A stretch of DNA of 20,000 bases from Chiloscyllium plagiosum (lineage: Eukaryota), in NCBI RefSeq assembly GCF_004010195.1, contig NC_057720.1, positions 17,492,251 to 17,512,250 of the forward strand. Reading direction: 5' to 3'. Positions 1 to 11,028 of the stretch are shown here, in pieces (within the stretch, counting starts at the first letter, position 1; each line of letters starts with the position of its first letter). The position numbers and the translations under genes are program-made. A model generated the notes under the pieces. It was not told the origin of the DNA. It worked only from the letters and a program-made list of their open reading frames with translations, and made no database searches.

Positions 1-311
1 TGCCAGTCTCAAGTGGAGCACACAGCAGCACTATATATGTGGGACATTTGACTAGAAGTATAGAATGCCCTTACACTACATTCTCCACCATGGATCATTC
101 CCATGTAAGCACACTAAAAGTATCCTACTGTTCTTGGAAGATATGCAAGGCATTTATTTTTGCTGTAAATATGGAATTTTCATATAATGGCAATCTGTAC
201 CCAAAACTGTTTTAATGAAAAAAGCTGATGCAACTCCTGAAAGTTAACAATTCAAAATAAAACTGAAAAGTATATTTGAATAAAGGCCATTGCTTTGAGG
301 TGAGTGGATGT

Positions 312-353
312 TCTGAATTCTTATTACATTGCTCTGAATTTTTATTACATTGC
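312..353. repeat. 21-bp tandem duplication
   Basis: tctgaattcttattacattgc (312-332) is followed by tctgaatttttattacattgc (333-353), with one mismatch. Confidence 0.85.
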
Positions 354-367
354 ATTTGGAAATGCTT

Positions 368-632
368 ATTTTATTTGTATTCATTTCTGGGACATGTGCA
401 TTGCTGGCTAGTCCACCATTTATTGCCCATCCCTAATTGCTCAATAGACATTATTGTGCAACTTGAGTCACATGTAGGCTAGATCCAATAAAGACAGCAG
501 ATTTCTTCCCTAAAGGGCATCCGTGAGCCAGTTGGGTTTTTACAATAATTGACAATAGTAGCATGGTCACTATTAGGCTAGCTTTATATGAATTTAAATT
601 TCACCATCTGCTATGGTGGGCTTCAAAGCCAG
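368..632 (-). mobile_element. tRNA-derived shark SINE (SacSINE1-like), degraded
   Basis: The reverse complement has a B-box remnant (near 616-630), a body with ttccctaaaggg...gagtcacatgtaggc, and the tail atttattgcccatccctaattgc followed by an A-rich end. Recognised from memory. Confidence 0.7.
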
Positions 633-1213
633 CACCTAAAAATAATGTAGGCATGTAGAAAATCAGGTAGAATAAGAGTGAAGTTAAATGTGAGCTTACC
701 ATGAGTTACGATGTAGCTAAGTGCAAAATACCACTTTGGCTGTAATATAAGTGAAAATAAAAGTACAAAAAGTATATTTTTTTGCAGGTGAAGATTTATG
801 TAATTTTGCAGAATGTTGATAATAATGATTGTATTTCCTACACTGGAAATTTCAGATTTTTTTGTGCATTATCACTCATTATATAAACTGCTGCAGTTTG
901 ACATTTGAAGCCAAAAGGAATTTATTGTTGGATAGGTTTCATATATACACATATATGGAGTATTTATAAAACTTTTAAATGTAAAAATAACAACAGTTGC
1001 TACAAGCCACAATTATGTCTTGATCTTGGTATCACCGAAGGGAATGCAGCAGCCTTCTCCGTTTGCTGATGCCATACGTTACCATCTCAGCAGGGAAAAG
1101 AAATTCATAATCCCACTTATTTACTGAAAGAATGAGACCATAATATCACATGCTTTAAAACAGAAGAAAGTTTAGGCTACAGGAGTCAAACAAAGCAGAG
1201 TAAATACTATAAG

Positions 1214-1302
1214 GGGAGGAATGATATAATGGTATTCTAACTACATTGTGAATGCAGAAACCCAGCTAATGTTCTGGGGACCCAGTTTGATTCTGCTGCT
1301 GG
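1214..1302 (+). mobile_element. 5' tRNA-like head fragment of the same SINE family
   Basis: gaaacccagctaatgttctggggacccagtttgattc resembles the SINE head and B-box region. Confidence 0.45.
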
Positions 1303-1314
1303 TATGCTGCTGCT

Positions 1315-2520
1315 GTCTTCTACCATGAAATCTCGTGCAAAGTACCTATCCAGTTCCTTCGCTATTTCTTTGTTCCTAACTGTTACTTCTCCTGTACAAT
1401 GTCTACTTTCGCCTCTCTCTTAGCCTTTTTATGTCCAACAAAATATCCTGCAATCTTCCTTTATATTACTAGCTAGGTTACCTTCATATTCCATCTTCTC
1501 CCCCTATTACTTTGTTAGCTGTCTTCTGTTGATTTTTAAAGGCTTTCTGATCCTCTGGCTTCCCATTAATCTTCACCATATTGTCATTTTTTCTGTTGCT
1601 TTTATGCTGTCCCTGGCTTCCCTAGTCAACATGGTTACTTTGTCCATCCCTTAGTATGTTTCTTCTACTTTGGGATGAAGTTCTGCTGTAACCCCCGAAT
1701 TACCCCAGAAACTCCTGCCAATGCTGCTCCACCAACTTCCCTGCTGGGCTCCACTTCCAATCAACTCTGGCCAGCTCCTCCCTCGTGTCTTTGCAGTTAC
1801 ATTTACTCAGTTATAATACTGTTACATCTGATTCCAGCTTCTCCTGTTCAAACTCAGGGTGAATTTATATTGTTGCCACTGCCCCCAATCAGTTCCTTCA
1901 CCTTAAGATCTCTAATCAAGTTTGCCTCATTATCACCAAATCCCTAGTGGGCTCTACCACAAGCTGCTCCAAAAACATCTGATAGACATTTCATGAATTC
2001 CCTTTCTTAGGATCCAATGTTACCCTGATTTTTCCAGTCCACCTTTATATTGAAGTCTCCCATGATTATTGTAATAGGATCTTTCTTGCATGACTTTTCT
2101 ATCTCCTGACTTATTTTCTGCCACACCCTGACCACTGCTCGGAGTCCTGTCCACAACTCCCATCAGGGTCTTTTTACTTCTGTGGTTCTTCAACTTTACC
2201 CACACAATTCTATACTTCTAACCTTATATTGCTTCTTGCTGTTGATTTAATTTCATTTCTTAAAACAGGGCAGCCCCACCCCTTCTGCCTGTCTACCTGT
2301 CCTTTTGATAGGACGCGTTTCCTTGGATATTTAATTCCCAGTCCTGACACCCTTGCAGCCATGTCTCTGTGATACCCAGAACATCATACTTGCCTATTTC
2401 AATCTGCGCTACAAGCACATTTACCTTGTAGTGTACACTGCATTCATTTAAGTATAGCACCCTCAATTCTGCTTTGACCCACTTCTCCTTATCTGCTGTG
2501 CCTAAAGTTAGATTTCTGAT
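1315..2520 (-). mobile_element. CR1-type LINE internal fragment: ORF2 AP-endonuclease and linker, disrupted
   Basis: ORF 2293-2625 gives LRVLYLNECSVHYKVNVLVAQIEIGKYDVLGITETWL...ELNIQG..YQKDR, and ORF 2020-2205 gives WVKLKNHRSKKTLMGVV. Both are APE domain motifs. The downstream end reads GNKEIAKELDRYF-like. Frameshifted. Confidence 0.85.
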
Positions 2521-3094
2521 CCTTTTCATATTCTGTGTTTGATTTCCTCTGTCTGTGGGGTTTAGACTATCACAGTCAGGGATATGTACAGGGACTGTTT
2601 GTACAGATGTGAGGGGTCTAGGCAATTCTCATCCTGGGTTGTCCAGATTTGGTCACTCAAGGGAGTAAATCTGTAAATTCCGTCCACAGAAACTGAAAGT
2701 AAAGGTGGATGGGGGACAAAAGGGGGCGAGGTGCTACTGCTAGAAGGCCAATTACAATCGAATTTATGGGGATTCAGGGCTGCAGGTTGAGTGGGGGTGC
2801 ATGACAATTGTGAAACGAGACAACTGTATAATGGGGGGTATGGTAAAGCATGGATGGGAACAGGGTGATGTGATTGGTGATGGTGGCAGTAAGTGGGTGT
2901 GGAGGTGAGCAATGGAATTGTCCACAGTCAGAACCATTCTGGCTTTAAGTGGTTAGCGAGACAATATATGATCACACCTGGCATGGTCCCCTCGTATGCC
3001 ATGAGCTAAGTGGGTGGCAGAGGTGGGCAGGTGCAGGTTACTGTAGACGGGTGGAGTGGAGAGCTGGGGATATGCAAAGGTTTAGATTTATTTA

Positions 3095-3187
3095 TGAATT
3101 GGAGATGCCGGTGTTGGACTGGGGTGTACAAAGTTAAAAATCACACAACACCAGGTTGGACTATAATCTGGTGTTGTGTGATTTTTA
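3095..3187. mobile_element. Short Penelope-like palindromic insert with flanking 14-bp direct repeat
   Basis: Perfect 20-bp inverted arms at 3135-3154 and 3168-3187. tttagatttattta occurs at 3081-3094 and 3184-3197. The caaagttaaaaatcacacaacaccagg motif is recalled from a shark Penelope-type repeat. Confidence 0.6.
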
Positions 3188-3260
3188 GATTTATTTAGAT
3201 TTAGATTTTATTGTCATGTGTACTTAAGTTCAGAAGCACAGGAGTACAGTGAAAAGTGGG
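3188..3260 (-). mobile_element. LINE 3' tail (Rex/Babar-like) with (TCTAAA)n end
   Basis: The reverse complement reads cttttcactgtactcc...gtacacatgacaataaaatctaaatctaaa. Confidence 0.5.
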
Positions 3261-4959
3261 TAATGTGGCCACACATGGTGCCATCTTATTACTAAGGCAC
3301 CTAGGTATAAAAAATTTAGGTACAAAATAGTAAGAGAAACAGAGTTAAAAAGTTAAGCATTACTTCATAGAATGAGTAGTAAAATAAAGAAATAAGGTAA
3401 TAGTTAACATTAAAGTCTTTCTTAATTTAAACAAGGAAAGTAAAGGAATAAGTTAAAAGTTCAATAGTCTTTGATGAGTCCTCCACTTACCTCGCTGTCT
3501 GGGAGACCTTAGTTGCCTGTTCTTGAAGCTGCTGCCAAAGGTACCATGGTTATTGCTAAAGCTGCTGCCTCTCTGATCTGTCCCAGTGCCTCAGGAACAT
3601 GGCCTGGTCAGGACCCGCTTGCATGCCAAACCAAGACACTGCCATGAGCCGGACAATGGGAAGGAAAATGGCTGCAACCACACCTCAAGTGGGTGGGGTA
3701 CATGACTCTATGTCTCAGGCTGTGAGAGGGAGGGTGGTGCTGCAAGACCCACTGATATGAGTCCTTTTAACAGAAAACAATGTTACACACAGACCCATGC
3801 TCTATACAGGGCCTGAATCCCCGGTGTTCCTAATGAATTAGCTCCCTGTGTGCTGTAAACCTCACCGCTCACACACTGCTGACCACCTCATTCACACCAA
3901 TACTTTTATACACAGAGGTAGGGGAAAGAATAAGGATGTTTTGGGTTCAGCATCAATGGTACCAGCAGAATCCCATGTATGTCTTGTTCCTCTAGCTTCT
4001 GCAACCTGTAGCAGGCTCTCCACATGGACATTGATCCATGGCACATCCTATATAGACATGAAGCTAGGCATCAAGCCACTTCAGTTACATTTGGAACTAT
4101 GCAGAGACTTGAATAAACAGATTTATTGCAAAGCCCGTAAACTGTATCCAAATGTGATACTTGCTGTATGGCGTACTGTCACTTGTGCCACTAAAGTGAC
4201 CTCAGCAGAGTCTTTTCTTTCCTTCCCTCCCACTGTAGTCTGTGTTGTCCCTGGCTCTGCAGTGGTGGGTGGTGGGAGCCTGCTCAGCAGTACAGCCCTT
4301 TGACTCTGGAGGTTTGATCAGGTGACCCCGGAACATTTGTGTCTGGCTGGCCCTGACCAGCTGAGGTAAGTGCACTCTTCTTGGCCAAGAGTCCAAGATG
4401 GGAAGGCAGGTGGAGTTTGAAGGCCCAGGCACTTCTGGGTTGTCCTGAGACTTATGAGGATCCTGCTAATGGTTCCTCCTCTAGGTGGATGCCTCCAGGC
4501 ACCTCCCTGTCTGCCTGTGAGGAAAAGGCACCTGCAGTGTGCATCAGAGTCCTTGTCCGCCTATCACCAGGCCTGGCAGAGCAGACCATTTCTGTGCTGA
4601 GATGGAGGATCCCCGTGATACCCGCAAGACACTACAATAGAAAGAAGGCATCGTGGGCAGTGGTTAGAAGTGGTTTGTGATGAATTACACCAACAGTGAG
4701 TTACTGTGAGAGTTAAAGAGGACTGAAGAGTGAGATGAAATTGGCTGGCATTGTCCCTAGTGCTGGAGCAGCAAGGACAAAGGTGGTGAGGGAGTGAATA
4801 GGCAGGGCAGAGGGCATATAGGGTCAGTTTGGGGTTGGCGGGGAGCAAGAGGGAGTGAGTGAAGATATTGCAGGCAGTTGTGAGAATGGCAGGGCATGAG
4901 CCTTGTTGGGAGGTGGGTGCAGTAGCAGATGGTGAGCCAGCAGAGAGAAGAGTGTGACA

Positions 4960-5562
4960 CTTATCCTGGCACAGGGCCTAGGTCTTTGACTTTCTGGTGA
5001 TACTACAGGCCAATCCTCACCAGCCTGGAGATTGCACTGACCCAGATGGTGACCTCAAACTAGACTGCCAGGGTCCCGTGGTGTGGCCCCCTCTATTGGT
5101 CATGGGGGAAGTCCCTCCACTGTATCAGCCTCTCCAAAAGGACCTGCCAGTCCTGTCAGTGAAGCAAGGTGCCATTTTTCTAATATACTTGTTGGACGGA
5201 AGAGCAGGACCAAGGAGCTAAATGGCCTACTCCTGTTCATATTCTTGATGGTTTTATCTTTGACTTTCCAAGATGTTCACACTTTGACTGTGATCGAGCA
5301 GCCAGTTTCAAAAAGCTGGTGCTCACCTGAGTGCAAACCTGCCTTTTCAAGATGACGCGTTGCTAGGGATGCTGATCTTCCAGTGGATATCTGGTGAGTG
5401 GTGATAGATCAGACATGAGGGATACCCCGAGGGCTGGCTACATAATAAATTAAGTGAATTTTGTAAGATATGGTGAGAAATCACGCTAGGCCTCACACTG
5501 GAAAACCTTCCAAACACTTAACGTCAACTGGCACTTAGACAAAAAAATGTAAGATTCACCCC
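4960..5562 (-). mobile_element. PIF/Harbinger transposon remnant with decayed Myb/SANT-like gene and one candidate TIR; probably extends further left
   Basis: On the minus strand, 5170 to 4980 reads MAPCFTD...(frameshift)...TLAV*FEVTIWVSAISRLVRIGL*YHQKVKDL, resembling the trihelix consensus APRFSD...W.EVA..VSA....RT..QCRKK.NDL. The end gtaagattcacccc at 5549-5562 is the reverse complement of GGGGTGAATCTTAC. Confidence 0.55.
5195..5250 (+). mobile_element. Short CR1-type LINE 3' tail
   Basis: gagcaggaccaaggagctaaatggcctactcctgttc matches the CR1/HE1 3' stem-loop tail. Confidence 0.55.
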
Positions 5563-5677
5563 TTCGTCTTTGTCGTCTTTATCAGTTTACCTTTTCAAGT
5601 TCTGTTCGACCTCAAAAAAATATAAGTTTGAAACCCCAAGTTCTATTACACAAAGCTGAAGGCCATAACAACATGAG

Positions 5678-6055
5678 TTTTGAAGGATGAGGGGGTGGAT
5701 CTCATTGAAACCTACAGAATACTGAGAGGATGGATAGAGTGGATGTCAAGAAGATGTTACCACTATTAGGAGAGTCTAGGACCAAAGGGGACAGCTCCAA
5801 ACAGAAGGGAGGATGGTTTAAAACTGAGATGAGGAGGAATTTCTTCAGCCAGACGGTGGTTAATCTGTGGAACTCATTGCCGCAGAAGCCTGTGAAGGCG
5901 AAGTCATTGAGTGTACTTAAGGCAGAGATAGATACGTTCTTGATTAGTAAGGGTTATGGGGAGAAGGCAGGAGAATGGGGTTGAGAAGCATATCAGACAT
6001 GATTGAATGGCAGAATGGACTCGATGGGCCAAATGGCCTAATTCTGTTTCTACAC
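5678..6055 (+). mobile_element. CR1-type LINE 3' end, 5'-truncated
   Basis: ORF 5730-5984 (DRVDVKKMLPLLGESRTKG...RRNFFSQTVVNLWNSLP) is the ORF2 C-terminus, followed by the 3' UTR ggactcgatgggccaaatggcc. Confidence 0.9.
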
Positions 6056-6311
6056 CTTAGGAGTGCAGAAAGAGGAGGAGCATTGTTGTTGGATTTGGGA
6101 TTGAATTCAGATGGTTTTAATTCACCCTTTTGGACAACACCGACAGAGCCCCTGAAACGCTGTGTTTAAAAACATGGGCATCTGCTATGTATACACTAGG
6201 GGGACCCTAAGGATGAAAAATAAGGCATTTTAATCTTATAAGAAAAGGGCAAAAGGCCATTTGATTGTAAAGAATGTCCATGCTTCTATATTATTTTCTT
6301 CTCTCTTACAG

Positions 6312-6469
6312 GTACTCTTGGCGTTATCAGCTTCAAGAATTTAAGAGTGAATTTCGAGTGGTTGCAGTTGATTTACGAGGGTATGGAGAGTCAGATGCAC
6401 CTATTGGTCGAGAAAACTACCAGCTGGATTGTTTGATTACAGACGTGAAGGACATTGTGGAGTCCCTCG
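6312..6469 (+). CDS. EPHX4: Epoxide hydrolase 4, internal coding exon (equivalent to human exon 3)
   Basis: Polypyrimidine tract and cag acceptor ending at 6311; donor gtaagt at 6470. 158 nt, phase 2 to phase 1. Translates (W)[52 protein letters not shown](G), including the DLRGYGES motif. Closely matches human EPHX4 YSWRYQLREFKSEYRVVALDLRGYGETDAP as recalled. Confidence 0.95.
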
Positions 6470-6861
6470 GTAAGTTTCTGGGAAGGGTGCCTGGCTTTCA
6501 CTGATATGCATTGTTCTGTGGCTACACTCCAGAGGATTTAGAGTGCTGCTTCCTCTATTTCTGATTTCCACAATTTATTTTTCTCTCACAAATCTCCCAG
6601 CAGAATTAAGATATTCTGTTTGCGCTGTAACCAATGGTGACCAAGTTCCGCTGTAGCACTTTGGCTTTGTTCTGTAGTCATGACTAACTTCACAAGTGTA
6701 TTGGGATCCAGGGAGCAGTGAGCAGGATCTACAAGCCTGAGGATTCAACAATGTATCAAGTCATTTTCATTCCAAGATAGAATTAAATTCCAGATGCAAT
6801 AGCCAGCGCATCCTTTTCTGCTGTTAATAGATAAACCTTAATTTATCAATTATGTTTATAA

Positions 6862-7270
6862 TAAGAGCATAAGATGTGGCAATACAATTTGGCTTATTGA
6901 GTGCTCCACCGTTCGATTATGGCTGATACATTTCTCAATTCCATTCTCCTGCCTTCTACCCAACCCTTACTAATGAAGAACCCATATCTCTGTCTTAAGT
7001 ACACTCGATGACTTGGCCTCCACAGCCTTCTTCAGCAATGAGCTCCACAGATTCATCACCCTGCAGCTGAAGAAATTCCTCCTCATTTCAGTTCTAAAGG
7101 GTAAACAATGCCCTCAGTTCCCTCATCCAGAAGCTTAATGTATAACATGAATAGTTGTGGTCCTAACACTGGTCATTGCAGAACGTCACTAGTCACCAGC
7201 TGCCATCCTGAAAAGGACCCCTTTCTCCTCATTCTCTGCCTTCTGTAAGTCAGCCATGCCAGTACCTCGT
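6862..7270 (-). mobile_element. CR1-type LINE 3' end plus an RT fragment, internally deleted
   Basis: The reverse complement of 6890-7098 is collinear with 5817-6035. 7125-7220 encodes a GSFSGWQLVTS..Q..VLGPQLF RT motif remnant. Confidence 0.85.
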
Positions 7271-7363
7271 CCCTAAGGTAATTAGCCATAACCACAGAGA
7301 CCACAGACGTCTTACTCCATTAGACAGAAAGGGAGAGACATACAGACAATTGGTTATATGGTA

Positions 7364-7619
7364 GGGCTTGAAAAGAGTAGTACTGTAGCCATCAACTGTC
7401 AGCGACCTCAGACACGTATGGAATCCATCTGCTCAATGGTGGGAGCCTTCCCTGTGCTGGGCTAGTGGGCTATAGATTCCCCACTGATGGGCTTCAAACA
7501 TGGACAGCAGTAGAGCAGTTTTGGGATTCCTTCACTATCTGTGAACCTGTCTCTGCAGTGCCTGGCTCTCCTGGTGAAGCTATAGAGGGTTTAGAGCTGC
7601 TAAACCTCTGTGACACTGA
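7364..7619. repeat. Left arm of a long inverted repeat (partner at 8280-8598)
   Basis: Direct reverse-complement alignment gives about 17 mismatches over ~230 nt, plus one internal deletion in this arm. Confidence 0.92.
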
Positions 7620-7937
7620 TTAGATTAGGTTAGATTCCCTACAGTGTGGATACAGGCCCTTCGGCCCAACAAGTCCACACCGACTCTCCGAAGAGTAACC
7701 CACCAGGACCCGTTTCCCTCTGACTAATGCACCTAACACTATGGGCAATTCAGCATGGCCAATTCACCTGACCTGCACATCTTTGGATTGTGGGAGGAAA
7801 CCGGATCATCCAGAGGAAACCCATGCAGACACGGGGAGAATATGCAAACTCCACACAGACAGTCGCCCTAGGCTGGAATTGAACCTGAGTCCCTGGTGCT
7901 GTGAGGCAGCAGTGCTAACCACTGAGCCATCGTGCCA
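7620..7937 (-). mobile_element. HE1-type V-SINE, near full length
   Basis: The reverse complement begins ggcacgatggctcagtggttagcactgctgcctcacagcaccagggactcaggttcaattcc (A and B boxes), continues through the V-domain and ends in a CR1-like tail with (ATCTA)n. Confidence 0.92.
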
Positions 7938-8113
7938 TACCAAAGAGATCCCAGTGTCGAGAATTGGGCAAGGTAAGGAGGTGGGCCTCCATGAACTACT
8001 TTAGCTGGTACAGGGTCTGAATGCACACTATTTGTTCCAGTCTTTATCCAACTGAGTGCCCCCACCCCTACACTTTTGAAAAAAAAGAATATTTTTGGCA
8101 CTTTAAAACATTA

Positions 8114-8761
8114 AGCTGGATTTTCCCATGGGCTTCAGGACCCCATTGTCTTCAGGACTAAAAGCAGATTCCGAACCCAGTCTTGCTGCAGTACAGCCTG
8201 CTCAGTGCTTGATCAGGAGGCAGCCTCCTCATTCTCTGTCTCCACACCCTTCATCTGATGAAAGATAGTGGGTGGGTCCTCAGTGTCACGGAGGTTTGGC
8301 AGCTCTGCACCCTCGATAGCTTCACCAGGAGAGGCAGGCACTGCAGAGACTGGTTCACGGATAGTGAAGGAATCCCAGCACTGAGGTGTCCTCACATGAA
8401 CAGGATTCATGTCAAAAGGCCCATGGAAATGGAGGAGGAGACCCTTCTACTGTTGTCCATGTTTGAAGCCCGTCAGTGGGGAATCCATAGCCCACTAACC
8501 CAGCACAGAGAAGGCTCCCACCATTGAGCTGATGGACTCCACACGTGTCTGAGGTCACTGACAGTTGATGGCTACAGCATTACTCTTCATTTCAGCCCTC
8601 TTTGATCAATCCTCTTCCCAACCCCCCAAAACAGCAGCAGTAGCTTGGAAAATAATCTTCACTATTTTCCAAGCTGTCTCCCTGCTGTTTCCCAGGCCAC
8701 CCTCTCCACCATCACACCCAACTTCCCATCCCCTCTTCATGAGCCAGGAAAATTCAGTCCC
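8114..8761. mobile_element. Putative Harbinger-type MITE containing the right arm of the inverted repeat
   Basis: Imperfect TIRs gctggattttcc (left) and ggaaaattcagtccc (right), each next to ttaa. Confidence 0.45.
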
Positions 8762-10479
8762 TTAATGTGTAACAAGTGACAGTTATTCTTAAATATTTTA
8801 ATATAGAACAGAGATAATTTAAGTACCAGCTGTGCTAAGATTTGGAAATTGTGCACTTCCTTTTTTATCACTGAGTCACAAGTGGGGCGTGTAACTTAAT
8901 AATTCAATTATAGTTTATATTACAACTGACACTACAATGATAAGATGGCAAGGTTGGTAGTTTGGTGCAATGAGGTTAGATGGATTGGCAAACCTCCCTC
9001 AACCCAACCTATCGTATGATCCTGGGAAATATTTAGATTTTCTGCAAAATTATTTACTTGCATGAAAAAGTATATTTTCATTTCTCAACTGAAATTTCAG
9101 AGCTAACTCACAGTCTTTGATATTTTGGATATGTGCAATGGAGCATATTTCCAAAGATCCTGTGTGGGCTTATTGCCCAGCTAGTATTAAACTGAGGCTT
9201 CCTCCAGCTCCCTCGGTGAGATAATAATTGACTTAGTTGTTGCTTTCAATTGCTAAACTTTAATCTCATACCACTGTATTAAATTCCTGCTGAAAGTTGC
9301 AGCTTTCCAGTCTTATGGACGATATTTGACTTGGCACCAAAATTATGATTTCCTCCTCACCATTAAGTTGGTGTTAATAATGTTAAATTTCCAGAATTCT
9401 AATCCAATTTGCTTGTTGTCTCATGTCTGCACTTGTTCAAAGGACTATTAAAACATAAATATCAAAATCAAGGCTTAACTTTAATTAAAGTTATATGTCT
9501 TGGCAATCAATTTGACAAGTAAACCTAATACCTCTGGAGGTGGCTGCTGCTGCTTGTAAAGACATGTATTCTTTGACCTCCAAGTCCTTAAACACATTTG
9601 ATAATAATTCAAAAAATATCTTTGGGTTTTGATTTTCAAATTAAAAATATTACCCACATTTTACAGTTAAAATTTCAAAGGTGCTAACAGCACTCAGCAT
9701 TAATAAAGTATAAAAGAACTCCCACAGATGCTATTGTGGGATTCAAACCCACATCTCCACACCATTGACCGGGAATTATGGATGACTCTGTCGAAGCACG
9801 GATGAATGGGGCCCAGAAATGTCAGTGCAAGCCTCAGTGCTGGTCTCCTGAAGCCATTCCCACTGGCACCCAGTTTCACAGAAATGGAGTTCGAGGCTGG
9901 TGGATACCCTCCAAACAGTACATAGATGATTTGTTAAACAGAACTGAAGGAAGCTGATTGTAATTTTCCAGTTGGACACCAGTGTCTTGCACTGTCGTGA
10001 CCAGTTTGGGCACCTGGAGTATTTGCTGGGTGGTTCTGGACCATTGTTTCAGGCAAACCTAGGGGTACTGCCTGGATGTGAGACAGCTACAGGCCTGTGG
10101 AGGTTTTCCTCCTCTACCTTCCCCACAGTGGTGGCCTATCTGCAAGAGCCATTTTATCATTAAAATTATTTCAAAATTGCCAGGTGTTGACATCTCCATG
10201 TTGAAACATGCTCACTGTTAGTTAGTCACCACAACCTGTATCTCCCTCTCCAGCTGGAAAGTCTCTGATTGGCTGGTTTGGGGGGGGAGTATGCCCGATA
10301 CCTCAATCATTCAAGGAACCTGGCTCCATGCTAATTAAGGAGGGCATCTCCTTAAGACTCCCAACAGGTAACTGTTCCTCTCCCCGACAGTATGGGTTTG
10401 GGACCCAGAAGCAGTGCTGATTTTGTTTTCTGCTCGTGAAGGAAAAACCCTATCTCAGTCTGGGATCTTCAGTCTGATT

Positions 10480-10803
10480 AGCACAGGGGCTCAGCGGTTA
10501 GCACTGCTGCCTTACAGTGCCAGGGACCCGGGTTTGATTCCGCTCTGGGGGGACTATCTGTGTGAAGTCTGCACATTCTACCTGTTTTTCCTCCGAGTGT
10601 TCCAGTTTCCTCCCATAGTCCAAAAATGCGCAGGTTAATGGATTGGCCATGCTAAATTGCCAAGAATGTGCAGACTAGGTGGGTTAGCCTTGGTAAATGC
10701 AGGGTTACAGGGATAGGGTAAGGGTGTGGGTCTGGGTAGGATATTGTTTGGAGGGTCAGTGTGGACTCGATGGGCTGAATGTCTGCTTCCACACTGTAGG
10801 AAT
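10480..10803 (+). mobile_element. HE1-type V-SINE
   Basis: Head ggctcagcggttagcactgctgccttacagtgccagggacccgggtttgattcc, body gattggccatgctaaattgcc, tail ggactcgatgggctgaat...cacactgtagg. Confidence 0.9.
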
Positions 10804-11028
10804 GCCAAGCCTCAAATCCCATGTAGAGAGTAATGCACTGAAGTGCATCTCTAATCACTGCATCTTCCAGTATAAAGTCCCAAAGTAAATCTCTGGATGA
10901 GTGTAATTATAATGAATGCTTGACACCAATGATTCAATATTGACTGCAAAATTTGTACCTTGGAAGCCTGTGTGATATATATTGTGTTTCTCTATTGACA
11001 GGTTCCCAACTGTCTGTTGCTATGTGTT

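Larger units (their letters stand above)
7277..8070 (-). mobile_element. tRNA-derived SINE, apparently split: tail at ~7277-7360, head at ~7938-8070
   Basis: The head reverse complement has ctcagttggat (A-box-like) and gttcatggaggccc...cttgccc. The tail piece gccataaccacagagaccacagac resembles the same family's 3' end. Recognised from memory only. Confidence 0.4.

Noticed and set aside
3848..5355. Cluster of 70-150 aa ORFs as a novel gene or operon
   Set aside because: They overlap on both strands with no recognisable domain and lie in a decayed, GC-richer transposon block.
1..6311. Upstream EPHX4 exon encoding the HGFPEFW oxyanion motif
   Set aside because: Not found in the window; it presumably lies upstream of position 1.
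7880..7937. tRNA genes at the SINE heads (also 10480-10545)
   Set aside because: The A and B boxes continue into SINE bodies and tails, with no complete cloverleaf.
8258..8527. 89-aa ORF in the right arm of the inverted repeat as a captured gene
   Set aside because: No recognisable homology, and the corresponding region of the left arm is disrupted by a deletion.
7364..8598. A single foldback/MITE element with 250-bp TIRs
   Set aside because: There is no matching TSD, and the nesting with neighbouring repeats is inconsistent with one element. Kept only as an inverted repeat.
9770..10450. Possible additional MITE (also 18560-18720)
   Set aside because: The composition is suggestive, but I could not define TIRs or a TSD.
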